Assembly (NCBI GenBank): GCA_028023455.1
Contig: JAQFVV010000003.1
Location: 4,216,001 to 4,280,000 of the forward strand
DNA: 64,000 bases
Reading direction: 5' to 3'
Source: Epiperipatus broadwayi
Taxonomy: Eukaryota > Animalia > Onychophora
Made by a program: the position numbers and the translations under genes. The notes below the pieces were generated by a model, which was given only the letters and a program-made list of their open reading frames with translations, did not search any database and had not been told where the DNA came from. Within the stretch, counting starts at the first letter, position 1. Each line of letters opens with the position of its first letter. Positions 1 to 14,210 of the stretch are shown piece by piece.

Positions 1-743
1 TTGGAAATACAGTTTATAAAAGCCATTCCGTTAAAAAGTTGTGATATAATCCTTCTAATTGCTAAAATATAATTACTGCCTAAATTCATTGAATACAAAA
101 TAAGATAGCCATTCCAAAAGAATATTAGATATACACTGTATTAAAAATTGGTATAGATAGAAAATTTAGTAAATAAAAAAAGAAGAAAATGTTAGGGAAA
201 TTAAAAAATATGTAGTAAAATCCTAATATGTTATCATAAGAAGATATATATTAAAACAGTAGAGAAATAATTTACTATTTAAGGCTAAAGCAGGAAATCT
301 AGAAGTAAATGAGCGAACTAAGAAGTAGGAAAAAATTAAGTTTATTGTATGATTAATGCGTGGATGTTCAGCATTTATTAAAGTATAATAATTTTAATAA
401 AATAGAGACAAGTAATGAAATTATGGAATATGTATTATGAGGTGGAAAATTATGCTAAAAAGTTGATTACTTTATAGTATAAATGAGAAATAACAAATTA
501 GGAATAAAATAGCAAAGAAAATAAAGAGAATTTTTGAAACATAAGAATAAAAGAAATAGAAATTAAAAGTAAAAGTTTTTATAAATGATATTTATAAATT
601 GATAGTAATAAACATTTATTAAGTAATAAACATTTATTATGAATGGCTTTGGTGTGAGATAGCTCATATATATCACATCAACAACCCTAATTTCTTCTTT
701 AAACATATTAAAGTCTATCTCAGGATTATTTACTCTACATTTT

Positions 744-1130
744 TTAGAGAAGATATTTTCTGAAAGGATAATTTGATATTCTCATAATCTCATTCATATA
801 TATGTCAGGATGAAGAATCCTTGGAATATAATGTATCTTATTACTTGAATGATGTAATAGACTGAAGGACTTTCTGAACATCAAAACAAGGTCTTTTATT
901 TTCAGATGAGGAACAAGACTTTCATTTAGAAACTGCAATCATTTTAAGAATTGGAAATAGTTTAGAATTATCTAAAGGAATTTTGTAAGAGAAAGGCAAT
1001 GACTCTGAAAATAGTTCCCATTAAACTGAAATTGTTGCAGAAAATCTGGATGCTTAACAAATAAAAATTGCTTATTTAGGCCTATAACCTCTGTCTGTTT
1101 CAAAAGCTAATAATAATAAAAAAAATTTCA
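744..1130 (-). pseudogene. Possible decayed PLE reverse-transcriptase fragment
   Basis: Minus strand FLQQFQFNGNYFQ resembles the PLE RT YFQFNG.YY.Q motif; many stops. Confidence 0.3.
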
Positions 1131-4100
1131 GAATAGATTAACTGGAAATTTTGTTATGATTATCAGAATTTTATATGTTAAATATTTACTTAGGATTTGA
1201 TACTAATTATATATATATATTTTTTTGATCAGTGAATTTTATGAAAAAATTAATATGGACTTTTATATGACTCAGCTCTTTATATTCATACACATGCATG
1301 TTTGTACAGCGCACATTTATATAGAAGATGTTATTTGCTTAGCTTTTGATCAGTGATTTACATTTTGTACATATATGTAAATATAAACACAAATGCATGG
1401 ACATCCCATCCTTTAATGTAAGGCACTTTGTCTTCATGGTTAGGATTTACATGTATAGAATTAAGCTTACACAGTCTTGATTAATAAGTAATGTGTATCT
1501 ATATGTTTTTTTATTATAAAAATTAAGAATTCTTTTATTTATAAAAACTATTTATTTTCTTTAATAATTAAATTATATACTCATGTCTTCTTTTTCTTTA
1601 TTACTATTTGAATATACAATGTTATGAATTTTAAATGTGATTACACATGTAATCACAATAAGTTGTATTAATTTTGTTATTGCAATAGCCGTTTTAAAAT
1701 AGTTTGCATTAATGTAACAACAAAACTCGAGACCCCCCTCCCCACCCTCAGATGTAATTATTAATGTTTGTATCAAAACCATCTGTGAGCTGTTTATTTT
1801 ATTTGTTATTAATGAGGCTCACATGGAAGTTTACAAGATTATTTTATTGCAATGCAATTGTTTAAAAAAATTTTTTTGAGATGTGTTGATATACCTTTTG
1901 CCAACTATTTTAAAATGACAATTATAATAAAATAATTATGGAGTCAAAAATTAAGTATTATCTGTATATATATAAATTATGTATGCTATATATATATATT
2001 GGTATTAACATTTGTCACAAAGTAGAACATTTGATAAAAATAAGGCTTAAATTTTTTTTTTAATTTATTACATTATTTACCTCATTTGTATGTTACTGTG
2101 ATGTATTGATGTCACGATGGTTGTGTTTGTATGGATATATATATATGTATGATGTGATTTGTTTTATGACACTAAAAGGATTTTCTATACATATTTATAA
2201 TGAGTGCAGTATTGAATTGTTTTACGTATTGAGATTTTATGTGTATATATGTGGAATGTATATATGCATTCAGTTAGTTAATTGCTGAATGTTAGATCTC
2301 TTGTTTATTTGTATAGGATGTAAGGTTGCATCAAAGTGATTATTATCCTTTGTTTTTTTGGAATTTTGTGTATATATGTTACAAAAAAAAAGTAAGGATG
2401 TAAAATATTGTTAATTAGTTAGAATACTATAGTAGTTTTTTTTTTTTCTCTGTGTAATAAATTAGTAAGTAAATTTGTCTTTCAGAGTTAGGGTTATATA
2501 AATCACTTTGTGTTTTTTTATCTGAGGTGATTAGATGACTGAGAGAGAAAATCTTTGAAGAAAAAAAATTATATTATTTAGTTTTATTTTTTTATGAGTG
2601 ACATAAAAGAGCTTGGACCATATGGATTATATGCACCCAAACTAACATGTTTTTCATGAATATCATTAAAATGGCTTATTCTTATTGTTGTGTGGTGAAA
2701 GAATTTCTTATCATAGGGAATTAAATACGACAAAATGCAAAGTGTATATCCAGAAATAATTAATAGCATGTCTCCTATATTATTACCGATGATTTATTAA
2801 TAAATTGGTATAAAAAATAATCTAATGTGTAATCCCTCCCACCCTCACTTTTTTTTTAAGTGATTATGATGAGTCTTACAAATTTTGAAATTTTTTCTAG
2901 ATTTTTTTTTTTGCAGTATGATGAATGACCAATGAGCTGCTTTGACCTTACAATTTTATATATAGATTTCAGCTGTGAGTAGCACATAAATTAAAAGGTT
3001 AAAGGCATTAACGTGATTGCTTTTAGTCCTAATTCAAGATATATATATATATATATATTTGTTAGCAATACATGTAATATATACATTTTTTTATTAATAC
3101 ATGTAAAACTTTATTTGTATGTATATTAATTTCAACAGTCACAAATATTGTTCATTGGGGAATAATTGTGTTTATGTTTATTAGAGTAGATGGATTAAAT
3201 TAAATTATTAGAAAGTGTTCATTTCATTATTTTATTTGAATAACATTAGTAAATGATTTAACCTTCTATTTTTTAAGAAATATTGGTATGCCATATTAAA
3301 ATTATAGTAGAGATCAGCAAGAGTATATGCAGAGTCTGCGATCACATTATCAAAAATATAAAACAATAACTAAAGCTTTTAGATAATATAGTTATGGCAA
3401 TGATAAAGGAAGCAATGTCATTTATATCCATGTTTTTAACTGGAGAAAGTATGATTAATATTGATGAATAGAATTTGACAGAAGCACAGGCAGGGAGAGA
3501 TGCTAAATTGTTAATGGCAGTTACTAAATTAAAAGAAAATAGGTTATAGTGATTATAAAGGAGTAATAAATTTTGCAAAATAAAATAATCCTTCTGGAAA
3601 GGTATCATACATAAATGGGAAATCAGTGGAATATAAGAAGAGGCAAAAAGTATAATGACTTTGGAATTAAATTACTGACTAAGGAATATTCAGTTTTATG
3701 AAGAAATAATTGAATATCCTTAAAGATGAGAGGGGCTTGAGCAAATGGAATATTATTTGATAGAATGGGAAGAAAGTAATGGAAGTTTACATGTAAAGAT
3801 TGAAGTAATAAACAAAGAATTACAGAGAATGAGATTGGAAAGAAACAAAAAGCTTCTTAACTATGATAAAGTTGAGAAACAAAATTCAGCAAAAAAAAAA
3901 TAGTGATTTACTTGAAGAGTCTTAAAAACATCTCCCATTCAAAATCTATGGGAGGAATAATAGAAGAAACTATTACAATTTTATCAGTCAGTAATCATTT
4001 GAGAACAACTGTATAATATTAGAAATGATAAGCAATAATAATGCTTAAGTATATATGAAAATTAGTTTAATTATTCTGAATATTAGAAAAATAAAAAACA

Positions 4101-5413
4101 AATCTTCTTGTATCTAGAAGTGAGTATATAAATAAGGAAATTGATGAACATCAATAAATGAAGTAAACTTATGATTAAAGGAAAATAAATGAATATGTTT
4201 AATAACTAAGTTTATCTATTGCAATGGTGGAAACAAAGATGATTAATAGAAAAAGAGCACTATCATAGTTAATAAAAGAATAAATTAAGAAAATTGGAAT
4301 TTTTATAGAAACTTAAATTTCAAAAGAATATCAATGATAGTAATATTGGCATCAGCAAGGGGTTTGGGTGTTGCATTATCAGATTTTCAATAGTATGGAT
4401 GGCTGAAGAATTGGAAGGTGGAGTAGATTGAAGCCTATCCTTTAATTAAAGTTTGAAGATTTATTATCTTAATATAAACCAAACACTGATTATATATATG
4501 TGTGGGAGATGATGATCTGGACCAACTGATGAGTGCTAGTTCAACATAAAATACATATATCGGAGATCATTTATCTTTTTCACATGGGTGTATTGGTTGA
4601 ATGAGATAGAGTGGATGACTGAAAGGAACTCGAAAGTCTGCTCAAATCCTCAGTAATTAAATATTAAAAACAAAAAATAAATTTTTAAATCTGGTACATT
4701 TATCTGTTGTTTTAAAAGTAGCACTTTTTAGCTTCTAATTTAATATAGGAGGGCTAATAGTGTCCATAGTCCATATTTTTCAATGGAATTATGCATTAAT
4801 GCAAGTACTTTTAATTATATAAAAATTTGAGAATTGCACTAATTTTCTGTTGTTGTTATTATTTTTTTACACAAAAGCTTGACAATTGTAAAAATATAAT
4901 GCACGTAATATATATATTTTCATCTAAATAAACAATAGAATTAGATCAAAATAAAAAAGTAAACTACTGAAACCTAAATATTTTATGTAGTCCAAAATTA
5001 TTAAATATTTCATTGCAAGACAAAGTTCTGCAGATCCTTTTAGAAATGAATAGTGATGGAGAAGATATTACTCATTCATTTATCTAGTTAATTGCTGAGT
5101 ATTGAAAGCTTTTGCTATTTTTCTTTTTTAGTTTCACACTAAGTAAAAAATAAACAGTTACAAATTGGATAACTGTGGCTATTTGAAAAGAAAATCCTAA
5201 GTATATTTGGAAATCCTCAACTGACTTCGATTGTGGACAAATAGGTGAATGAACTTACTATTATAGCACACAAGATCTTCACTTTTTGTATATATAATTA
5301 CACTTGGTAAACACAAATATTCCTCATTGCAGATAATATTTTACTATAATATAAAATTTTTACACTTGGTTCCAAACTCATTTTTTGGTTGTTTTCTTTC
5401 ACACACACATATA

Positions 5414-6304
5414 CACCTGGTTCTTGTTTTATGCGGTAGATAGGTTCCACAGAAAACCCTCATTAAAAAAAATGGCACAAAAATAGACTTAATTTACCTT
5501 TCAGAATTCGCATAAAAGCAAAGCATCAAAGAAAATTGACTTTAAAATTTGCATTAAAAAAATAAACAAAGTATGACTAATAAAAAATTTCAAATATTTG
5601 AAAAATATTAATACAAGACAAACTTTTTTTTATTACTACAGTATTTAATTTTACATTTTTCATACATATTTTAATCATTACCACTAGCGTTCATTTGTAA
5701 ACTGGTAAGAAATCAGATCATTGATGTGATGTGATGTATTGTGGCTTCTCCTTAAACGAAGTCAAGAATCTCTCAGCAATTATGCACAGAGAAACCTGTT
5801 AAGCTACTTTATTTTTATTCGTGATGTGTGCTGTGTTAATGGTTTTCTGTTTCTATATTTAAAAAATGATATCGCAATCAAAACATTATCATTAGAAAGA
5901 TTATTTTCAGTTTATAAAATCTTCGTTTTTTATTTTAAAAATCTAAAAGATTATTTATTTCTGTTATATATAACATAATACGTTTTAAAAGTTTAAATTA
6001 TTTGAATATTTATTGCGATATTTTTATATGTAAGTATAAATCTACTATTATTATTTACTCATTAGTATAAATAGGGTATTTATATAGAAGCTAAGTTCTA
6101 AATACAGCTTCAGGCCATATTCACGTTAGCTGCTATTAATATAACGTTATATTTTTGGAATTTCAAGTCAAAATAAGTTATTAATAATTTAAATTTCTTG
6201 ATATCTAATAAATATAGTGAAATATGAAAGATATTAAGAAGAAATATGAATCGCATAACTTCAAAATCACATTAAAATAATCTGCATAAAACGAGACCCA
6301 CGTG
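5414..6304 (-). mobile_element. Tigger/pogo-derived non-autonomous element (older subfamily)
   Basis: TA|CACCTGGTTCTTGTTTTATGCG ... GCATAAAACGAGACCCACGTG|TA; internal sequence shared with 15512-16410. Strand is given relative to the transposase remnant. Confidence 0.9.
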
Positions 6305-7349
6305 TATATATATATTTAAAAAACTCATTATAAAGCTACTTTATGTATTTTGCTTTCCTAAGTTATTTGAAATAATTTTTAAAGCTTATAGGAAAAGTAG
6401 ATATGTTTAGAATATATATAAAAAATACTAAAACCAAAGTTTAATTATAAAATTTAGAAAGATTTATTGTGTTTTGTATACTTTCAATGCTTTCGTGTCA
6501 TATTCATGATTAGTCTACTGAGAACATTAATTTTTTGCTGATTTGAATTCTATTTGAGTTTTGGTTCATTACATATTTATTTTGTGTAATGAACCACACC
6601 TTTATTTTACATTTGCAATCGTTTCTCTCTTCACACATAATTTTGACAATACTTGGATCACAAGTAGGACCATGCTTTATTTCATGATTATGAAAGACAT
6701 GAATTGATAGCTTCAAATTTAATCTTAGATTTTTTATGCATTAATGAATGTGAGTCATTCTTGTTCTATGATTTGCCTGGTTTGTCCATAATATACATAT
6801 GGACAGTCTTTTTGGCTGCTGTTTACAGCATAGACCACATTGGGCCGATACAATATTAAAATTTTGTCCTTTATGTTGTTAATAAACTTGTTTAAATTTA
6901 TAGGGGTTCTGAATCCGACATCAAATTTGTTTGAGCATGTTTGTACTATTTTATTATTTGTATGTGATAAATTAGAGCAATCCAGTTTTTATTTCTAACA
7001 ACTGTTTTATTAATTATTTTGGTTTTGAATCGCTTTATATATCTGTATGTGCGTTTTATAATAGCATGCTTTTATCAAATCAGCGACATAATGACGAATG
7101 TTCTCATTTCTATCTGATTCATATTCATACAATATATATGCAATAGATTTATTTTTTTGTTTTATTGGCTGCTGAAAATAATTATTGACTCATTTTAAGA
7201 GAGTGCAAAACTAAAGATTGGAAAAACATTGGCCTGAAGAAGAAAACATAACTTTAATTTGATGAATTTAAATAATATTTTCTAAAAGTATTTTTTGCAG
7301 ACGTAAAATTGCTTATGGAATAAATTAATATTCAAACAACTTTTTAGTA

Positions 7350-8170
7350 CACCTGGGTCTCTTTTTACGCGGACTTATTTAACACGATTTTGAAGTTACG
7401 CGAACTCCGATAATGCACTATTACTTTAAATAATAAATTTCACGCACTTACGTTATATTGCAAGTAATAGCACATTATTGGAATTCGACTTTCATCTTAG
7501 TAATTTCAATATTTATAATAGTAAGATTTTATGCAATAATGAAATTAAAATCATGATTTCCACATTTTATGTATACACACATTAAATTTTACAAGATTAT
7601 AATGTAAATTTGTTCAAACATTGTGCGTGTTAATTTTGCATTTTAAATCACATTCTGTTCTTGCTTTTTAAAAAAGAACGTAATCAATTATTATTTTCGT
7701 ATTAATGACACTAATCATTAACGTGCTCTTAAATTCCAACGAGAGCTAAATGGTTGTATGTCTGGATATCGCGAGCTTCGTAAACAAAATCATTGTCTCT
7801 AAGATTAATTACTAATTACGTTGTCACCAGAAAATCATAATAATTAAAACGTGTATAAAAAAATGTAAATTATGCACAAAAATATATTATTTTGAATAAA
7901 ATTAAATATTATAGTTAAAAAAAGTTTGTCTTGTATCAATTTTTTTCAAATTTGAAATTTTTTATTAGTCATATTTTATTTCCTTATTTTTTTTTTTTTT
8001 GCGCGAATTTTAAAGTAATTTTACGTTGGTGCTTTGCTTTTACGCGAATTTTGAAAAATCACAGACCGCATCCCCCCCCTTTTCAAGGTAAGTTACGTCT
8101 ATTTTTGCGCGATTTCGTTTGCGTGTGTTTTTTGAGGAACCTATCTATCGCGTAAAACGAGACCCAGGTG
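7350..8170 (+). mobile_element. Tigger/pogo-derived non-autonomous element (younger subfamily)
   Basis: TIRs CACCTGGGTCTC(T/G)TTTTACGCG at both ends, TA duplication, CpGs retained. Confidence 0.95.
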
Positions 8171-9656
8171 TATAGTGAATTATTATAAGAAAAAGAAATT
8201 ATTGTAATTTATTAATGTTGAAAAAGTTACTATCCAAGAGAAACACATTTTTCTTTATAAGAAATCTTTAATTTCATATTATATATTTATTTAAAATAAA
8301 TAAATAAATATAATAAACGTTTTTTTATCTTAAGGACGTTTCTGAAGTATTAATATTGTTCAAGTAGTAGTAATCATAAATTTGATTAAATACATATCTT
8401 TATTCATAGTGAACCCATTAGATCACAAACATAATGTTTCACAAAGCTCATACTTACTAAAATATATATATATATATATAAAATGCATGATTTAAAAATT
8501 TGATAGCCATTAGCTACCAGTAACCTAATAAAGTGTTTAAGGATTTTAATTTTACTAGACCTTTTATGCTGTCAAATACTATAATTTGTAATAGGAAATA
8601 TAGGTAGAATACCATTAATCTAAAATTGTCCTTTCTAGATTATTTTTGTATGATATTAAAAATACCATGCTACATAAAAAAAAAGGAGGATGCTAAAATA
8701 GAAAATATAATAATCATCATAATATAAAGAATTTAAACATTGCTAAAATTTAAACATATGTAATACTATTCTATATAAAATTAAATAAAAAAAAAAAGAG
8801 GTTATAAAAGGTACTTACTGATCATTATTAGTAATAGTTATTATTTATGAAAGTGGGAAAAAACATATTTAGGAAGTGTTTATTTCCTATTAAAATAAAT
8901 ATCAATTATGTATGTTTTTAAATATTTATTTTGATAATAACAAAGATGGAATCAAAAAATAAATTACTACTGAATTTGCTTATTTATACACATCCACAGT
9001 AAATCCAATGTTGGAGTGTTAATCTGTTTGTGTAATATTAACCACTGGGAAAAGTTTATATTTACATTATTTCATCTAATATTGACAAACTGTAAATTGA
9101 AAAACTTTGTCAATGTCATAGAATTAATATAAAGCAACTTGAAATATAGCTTTAATAAAAAAAGTAATTTGATTAATTTAAGATGTTCATGCTTTAATTC
9201 CAAAGTGTTTTAGATTTCCCTATATAAATGAATTTAGGTAAAAAGATAAGACCGTTCTTTTCAAAATATTTTATCTTATGCTTTGGATTGAGAGTATTTC
9301 ATTTACTCATTAAACTAGTATTGGAGTGTTAATCTAATTATATATTAACCTCTGAGAAAAGTTTATATATATATATATGTATTATAAACATGTTGCATGA
9401 AAAAACGTATATATTATTTTTTGGACATTTTTTTTTTTTACAAATTAATATTAAAAAGTGTAATTATTATTGTTTTAATGAGAAACTTAATTTTGTTATT
9501 ATAATTAAAAGTTTTGTATATAAATAATGCATATTGATATAACAAAAAATAGAATAATTAAAAGTGTATACACCTATAGCATCTATCATTTTATTTAAAA
9601 AATATATATGAATTCTTTTTATGTTCTCTCTATATATATATATATATACTAGTTTT

Positions 9657-9949
9657 TTTAAAAATACAGTATAACTTTTATGTAAATCTCGAAAATTATA
9701 CACTTCATAACATACGTAATCATACAAAACTTGTACAATTTAAGTTAATATGAAAAGTTAAATATAATACCAAGAATCGAGAGCACTGAGCTAACTTTGG
9801 CAGCAACCTCCTGAAAGCTATATCAGTACTCTCGATTCTTAATATTATATTTACCATTTCATATTAACTTGAATAGTATAAGTTTTGTATGAATATAACC
9901 TTTACTGAAAAATTCACAAGAAATTAAAAGTTATACTTTGGTTTTAAAA
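9657..9949. repeat. Hairpin MITE-like inverted repeat
   Basis: 9721-9789 pairs with 9823-9891 (CATACAAAAC...GAGAGCACTGA / TCAGTACTCTC...GTTTTGTATG); outer AGTATAACTTTT/AAAAGTTATACT arms. Confidence 0.8.
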
Positions 9950-12500
9950 TCACAGTTGGGAAATAGAATTAATTATCTATAACATGACAACCCATGTGCA
10001 GAATATGAGCTTGTTTTTTATATTTATATATTTTTTCAAATATAACTAACACTTTCAGACTGAAAAAGTAAAAGTTAAAAAAGAAATTAGTTTTAGCCAA
10101 TAAATATGAAAATCCTGAAAAATGACAAATAAAAATAGTATTTAATTGAACTTTTTTAAAATTAATATTTATCTTTATTTTTTTAATTGATGCTATTGTC
10201 TAGAGCCCAATATAAACATCAACAGATCTCTTTAATTATAATAGGAATACATGAATATATGATTTTCACACCTTCCATTCTTGATCCTTTTTTTTATATA
10301 TTAGTAGCTCTTTCATTGTAAAAAAAGGAACATCTTAACAAAAAAAGTGAAGATATCATGGTAATTGTAAAGAAATGGGGGGGGGGGGGTATTCAATTAA
10401 ATTTTATTTTAAAGTAAGTAACTATAAATTTTTTTGTTGTCTTATAGTCTTTATAAATATTGTGAATTAAAGGAAATGCATCCTTATAATTAATTAATTA
10501 AAACATTAATATTTTAAATTATTGGTTTTTGATAACATAAGTAGTAAGTATTTATTAGAGTGGGTGATGATGTCAGAATAGAGATTGGGGAGATAAATGT
10601 TACTTGCTAATAGATTTAATAATGGATATCCAAGCCATTTTAAACTATATAAATCAGAAGAATAAAGTCAGAAGGCAAAAGTATTTATGCTAGTTGATAT
10701 AGAATCGTAAAAGAAGTGAGTATATATATATTTAATTTTTACTTGCGGAACATAAATGATTTTACAGAAACTATTATTCATCCAAATGTACTGTTAAGTT
10801 TGCTACTAATTACGGAATTTTGTTTATTAGTAATTAGAAACAAAAAGTTGAGGCCACCTGTTCTTCAAACTTCAATGAACTACAATTAACGAGATCATAT
10901 TTAAACTTAATTTTTCAATAGTGTATTTTGATTAAATTTAATTTATAGTCATAATCATGTGTGTCATTTGCAAAATATGTAAACGGCAATTGGAGAAAAT
11001 GTTTTCAGTGTCTGGAAAAAAAAAGGATGAATGATGAGCTGCAAAAGATGATGAAACTTTAAAATTTAAATTTGTTAAAAGCGCTAAATTAGGCTTACAT
11101 TTGCATATTTCAAAGCAGGTGTACAGTGAAAGTTCTAGAATTGCCCAATTTTCTTCGTATTTTAATGTTGATTAAGTGAAAGATTGAGGAGATAGAAAAT
11201 GTAACTATTGAGTATTATTTTGTTTTACAATAGCTTTATTTTCTAGTGCTATAATTATTTTTATGTGAAAAGCATTTATTTTTTAAAAAGAAATTGTTCA
11301 TGGTCAGTTTTGACAAAATATTTTTAAATCCATTTATCAGAAAATGATTTCATGTACATAAAATATTTTAGTCGTTCTAGATGGTAATGTATGCAAATCG
11401 TAAGCATTTTCTTGGGTTTTTTTTTTCCTTTGTGTTTTTTAAGTTGCAGTTAAAGTTTTTACTTTTATTTTTTGAGTTAACAAAAATTTTTTTCCCATTT
11501 GTATTAGAAATTTGTGATATTCATTTTTTCCTAAAATAGAAAAGAAAGAAAGAAAAAGGAAAAAAGAAAAGCTGAAATTCAATTAATGATTTTTTAAAAA
11601 ATACATTTACTATTATATAAATGTTAATAAAAAGCTAGTAGAAACTTTGCTACAGGAAAGATAAAGAAAAAAGTTAAAATTTTTGTCGCTTAAGTCTTAT
11701 TAAAAAATTGTCATAAACATTATTTGAAAAAAGGAAAAAAAAAAAGATTGCTAAATGTTTCTATTTAAATAAAAATATATTAGTAAAGTCGGATAATTTT
11801 CTCATAACTTCACTTTCTTAGAGATTTGTTTGAAAGACTTAAGTGAGAACAAATGAATATTAATCGTAAAATTTATTTTAAATATATTTTGAATTGATAT
11901 TAATAAGGTAACGAGAGAAAACAGTCCAATCTTTTATCGCATAAATTATTATGAGTAATCTCTCAATCTTATGCTTTGATTAGAAATTATTTGAATTACT
12001 ATTATGCCAACTGATTGAATATTAAATTAACTTCAAAATATTATGTATTATTAATTACTGGAAGAATCATATATTTTCATTATTGGATCAACATTAACTA
12101 TTTAAAATTGAGAAAATTCTTGAACATGTCAGTAATGTCAATCAATTCAAAATATCTCCAAAATAAATTGTATCATTGATTTAATATTTTTTTTGGTTTA
12201 AGTGTTTTAGACAAATCTCTAAGATGAGGCAACGAAAGAAGATGGTTCGTTTTTTTTTCGTAAAAATTGTCTTATTGTACCCGAGTATTAACCATTAAAT
12301 ATTACGTATATACAACATTTTGCATAATATTGCAGTAAATATATTTATCCTCTTTTTTGGGGGGGGGGGTCGTTAGTAAGATTTTTCTAAAAAAAAAAAA
12401 AAATTAAATATGGAACAATAAATTCAAGAGTGTAATTTTAAACTGTTAATGTTAGCTACATTTAAATAAATTTACATTCTACAGTTGTAACATAAATCTT

Positions 12501-13785
12501 TAAGAAAAACAATATTTACCATTGATATTCTTAATCTTCAGAAACATTCTAATGAATTTAAATTAGAACTTGCAAATCGGTTTCCAGTATTAATAGATTT
12601 TGAACATGATTCAGATTTGAATGAAATTAATAGGAAAATAACTGATACACTTTTAAGAACTGCAACAAAGATAGCTGGTAGAACAAAGCAGCAATTGACC
12701 AATAAAATTTATACTGTGATTAGAGAATTAATAAAGAAAAGAAAGAATATGAAAATATATAAAAATGATGCATTAAAAAGGATTGAATATCTAATTTTGT
12801 AAAATGGTACAAAAAAGAGTTGATAATGATATAAGAAAATATAATTGTGAACTAGCAAGTAAGGCTGTAGAAGAGAATAAAAGTCTCAAGAGTGTAAAAC
12901 AACATTTTGGTATTAGTAAGAAACTTATATCTGCAATAAGAAAAAAAAAGATGGAACTATTATAAAAAGAGAGATGACATCATAAAATGGGTAGAAGAGT
13001 TCTATCAAGAATTATATAGTGATAAAGAACGAGTACCTCCTACATTTATTTTATTTTCTGAATTGTCCAGAATTTTAAATGAAGAAGTGCGACATGTAAT
13101 TAAATTTATGAAGAAAGGAAAAGCTCCAGATAATGATGGAATTATAATCAATATTTATTAAAAGAAGCAGGTGAAGAAACAAATTTTTTTTGCAAAGTTA
13201 TATACCAAATGTCTAAATGATAATGATATACCAAGTGATTGGAAGAATGCAGTATTAATTTTAATATTTAAAAAAAGTGATAAAAAAAGATATTAGAAAT
13301 TACACCTATCAGCCTTTTATTAGTTTTATATAAATTTGTTACCAAAATAAATTACAATTCGTCTACAGAGAACATTGGATTTCAACCAACCAAGTGAACA
13401 GTTCTGGATTTAAAAATGGTTTTAGTATAGTAGATCATATCCAAGTATTGAGAGAAGTTATAGAAAGGACCAATGATTATGAGTTACCATTATGCTTTGG
13501 ATTTGTAGATTATGAAAAGGCATTTGATTTTATAAGCATTTCTTCAGTGATTAAAGCATTGGATCATCAAGGTATAGATCCAATATATTGTCATTCTGAA
13601 GAATATAAAAATTCAATAGCAACAATTAGATTACATAATAATTCTAGGAAAGTTAATATTGAGAAGGGTGTAAGACAGTGACTCCATATCCAAAACTTTT
13701 TACAGCAGTGCTGCAGGAAGTATTTTGTGGATTAAAATGGGAAGCTAAAGGAGTAAAAATAAATGAAGATTATTTAAAGTGTGTT
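12501..13785 (+). mobile_element. Older fragment of the same RTE family (linker + RT N-terminal half)
   Basis: ORFs 12617, 13394 and 13678 are near-identical in protein to the 45659 and 44860 ORFs (ITDTLL.TATKIAG, FVDYEKAFD, GVRQ). Confidence 0.92.
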
Positions 13786-14210
13786 ATTTGGTCTGATCAA
13801 GTTCTATTTTTTGACAATGAGAACTTGTTGGGGCATAAACCTGAATTATCTGCCTTTGGTATCTTCCATCAATTTGAATAACTATTTTGCTGTTGATATA
13901 CCATCAATCTTCATTTAATAATTTTACCATATTTCTACTTCAAATATTTGTGTTTTTGTAGTAAAATATATGTCTACTTTTTAAATTAATTTTCACCTTT
14001 TCCTATAATTTGCAAATTTCAACAAGTCTTATTTAATATTAATTGTTTTCCCAATTTGTATACTCTTTCTTTTCTTAACTTGTAATTAATCTACAGTTGT
14101 AGATATCTAAATCAAAGATTGTTGTCAAGTGGGTCTGCAATCAGGATTCTTAGCATTTCAGCCTTTGGTCACCAACTATTGCCTTGATTAACGATTTTTC
14201 ACTTCCTGGG
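13786..14210 (-). mobile_element. RTE endonuclease/5' fragment in inverted orientation
   Basis: gaacttgttggggcataaacctgaattatctgc matches 46197-46230 (QVYAPTSS on the minus strand); gtctgcaatcagg matches 46556-46568. Confidence 0.8.

Noticed and set aside
2917-2974. Good acceptor and GTGAGT donor around a 58-nt segment; ATGATGA box C-like motif
   Set aside because: Stops in all three frames, and no box D or terminal stem for a snoRNA.
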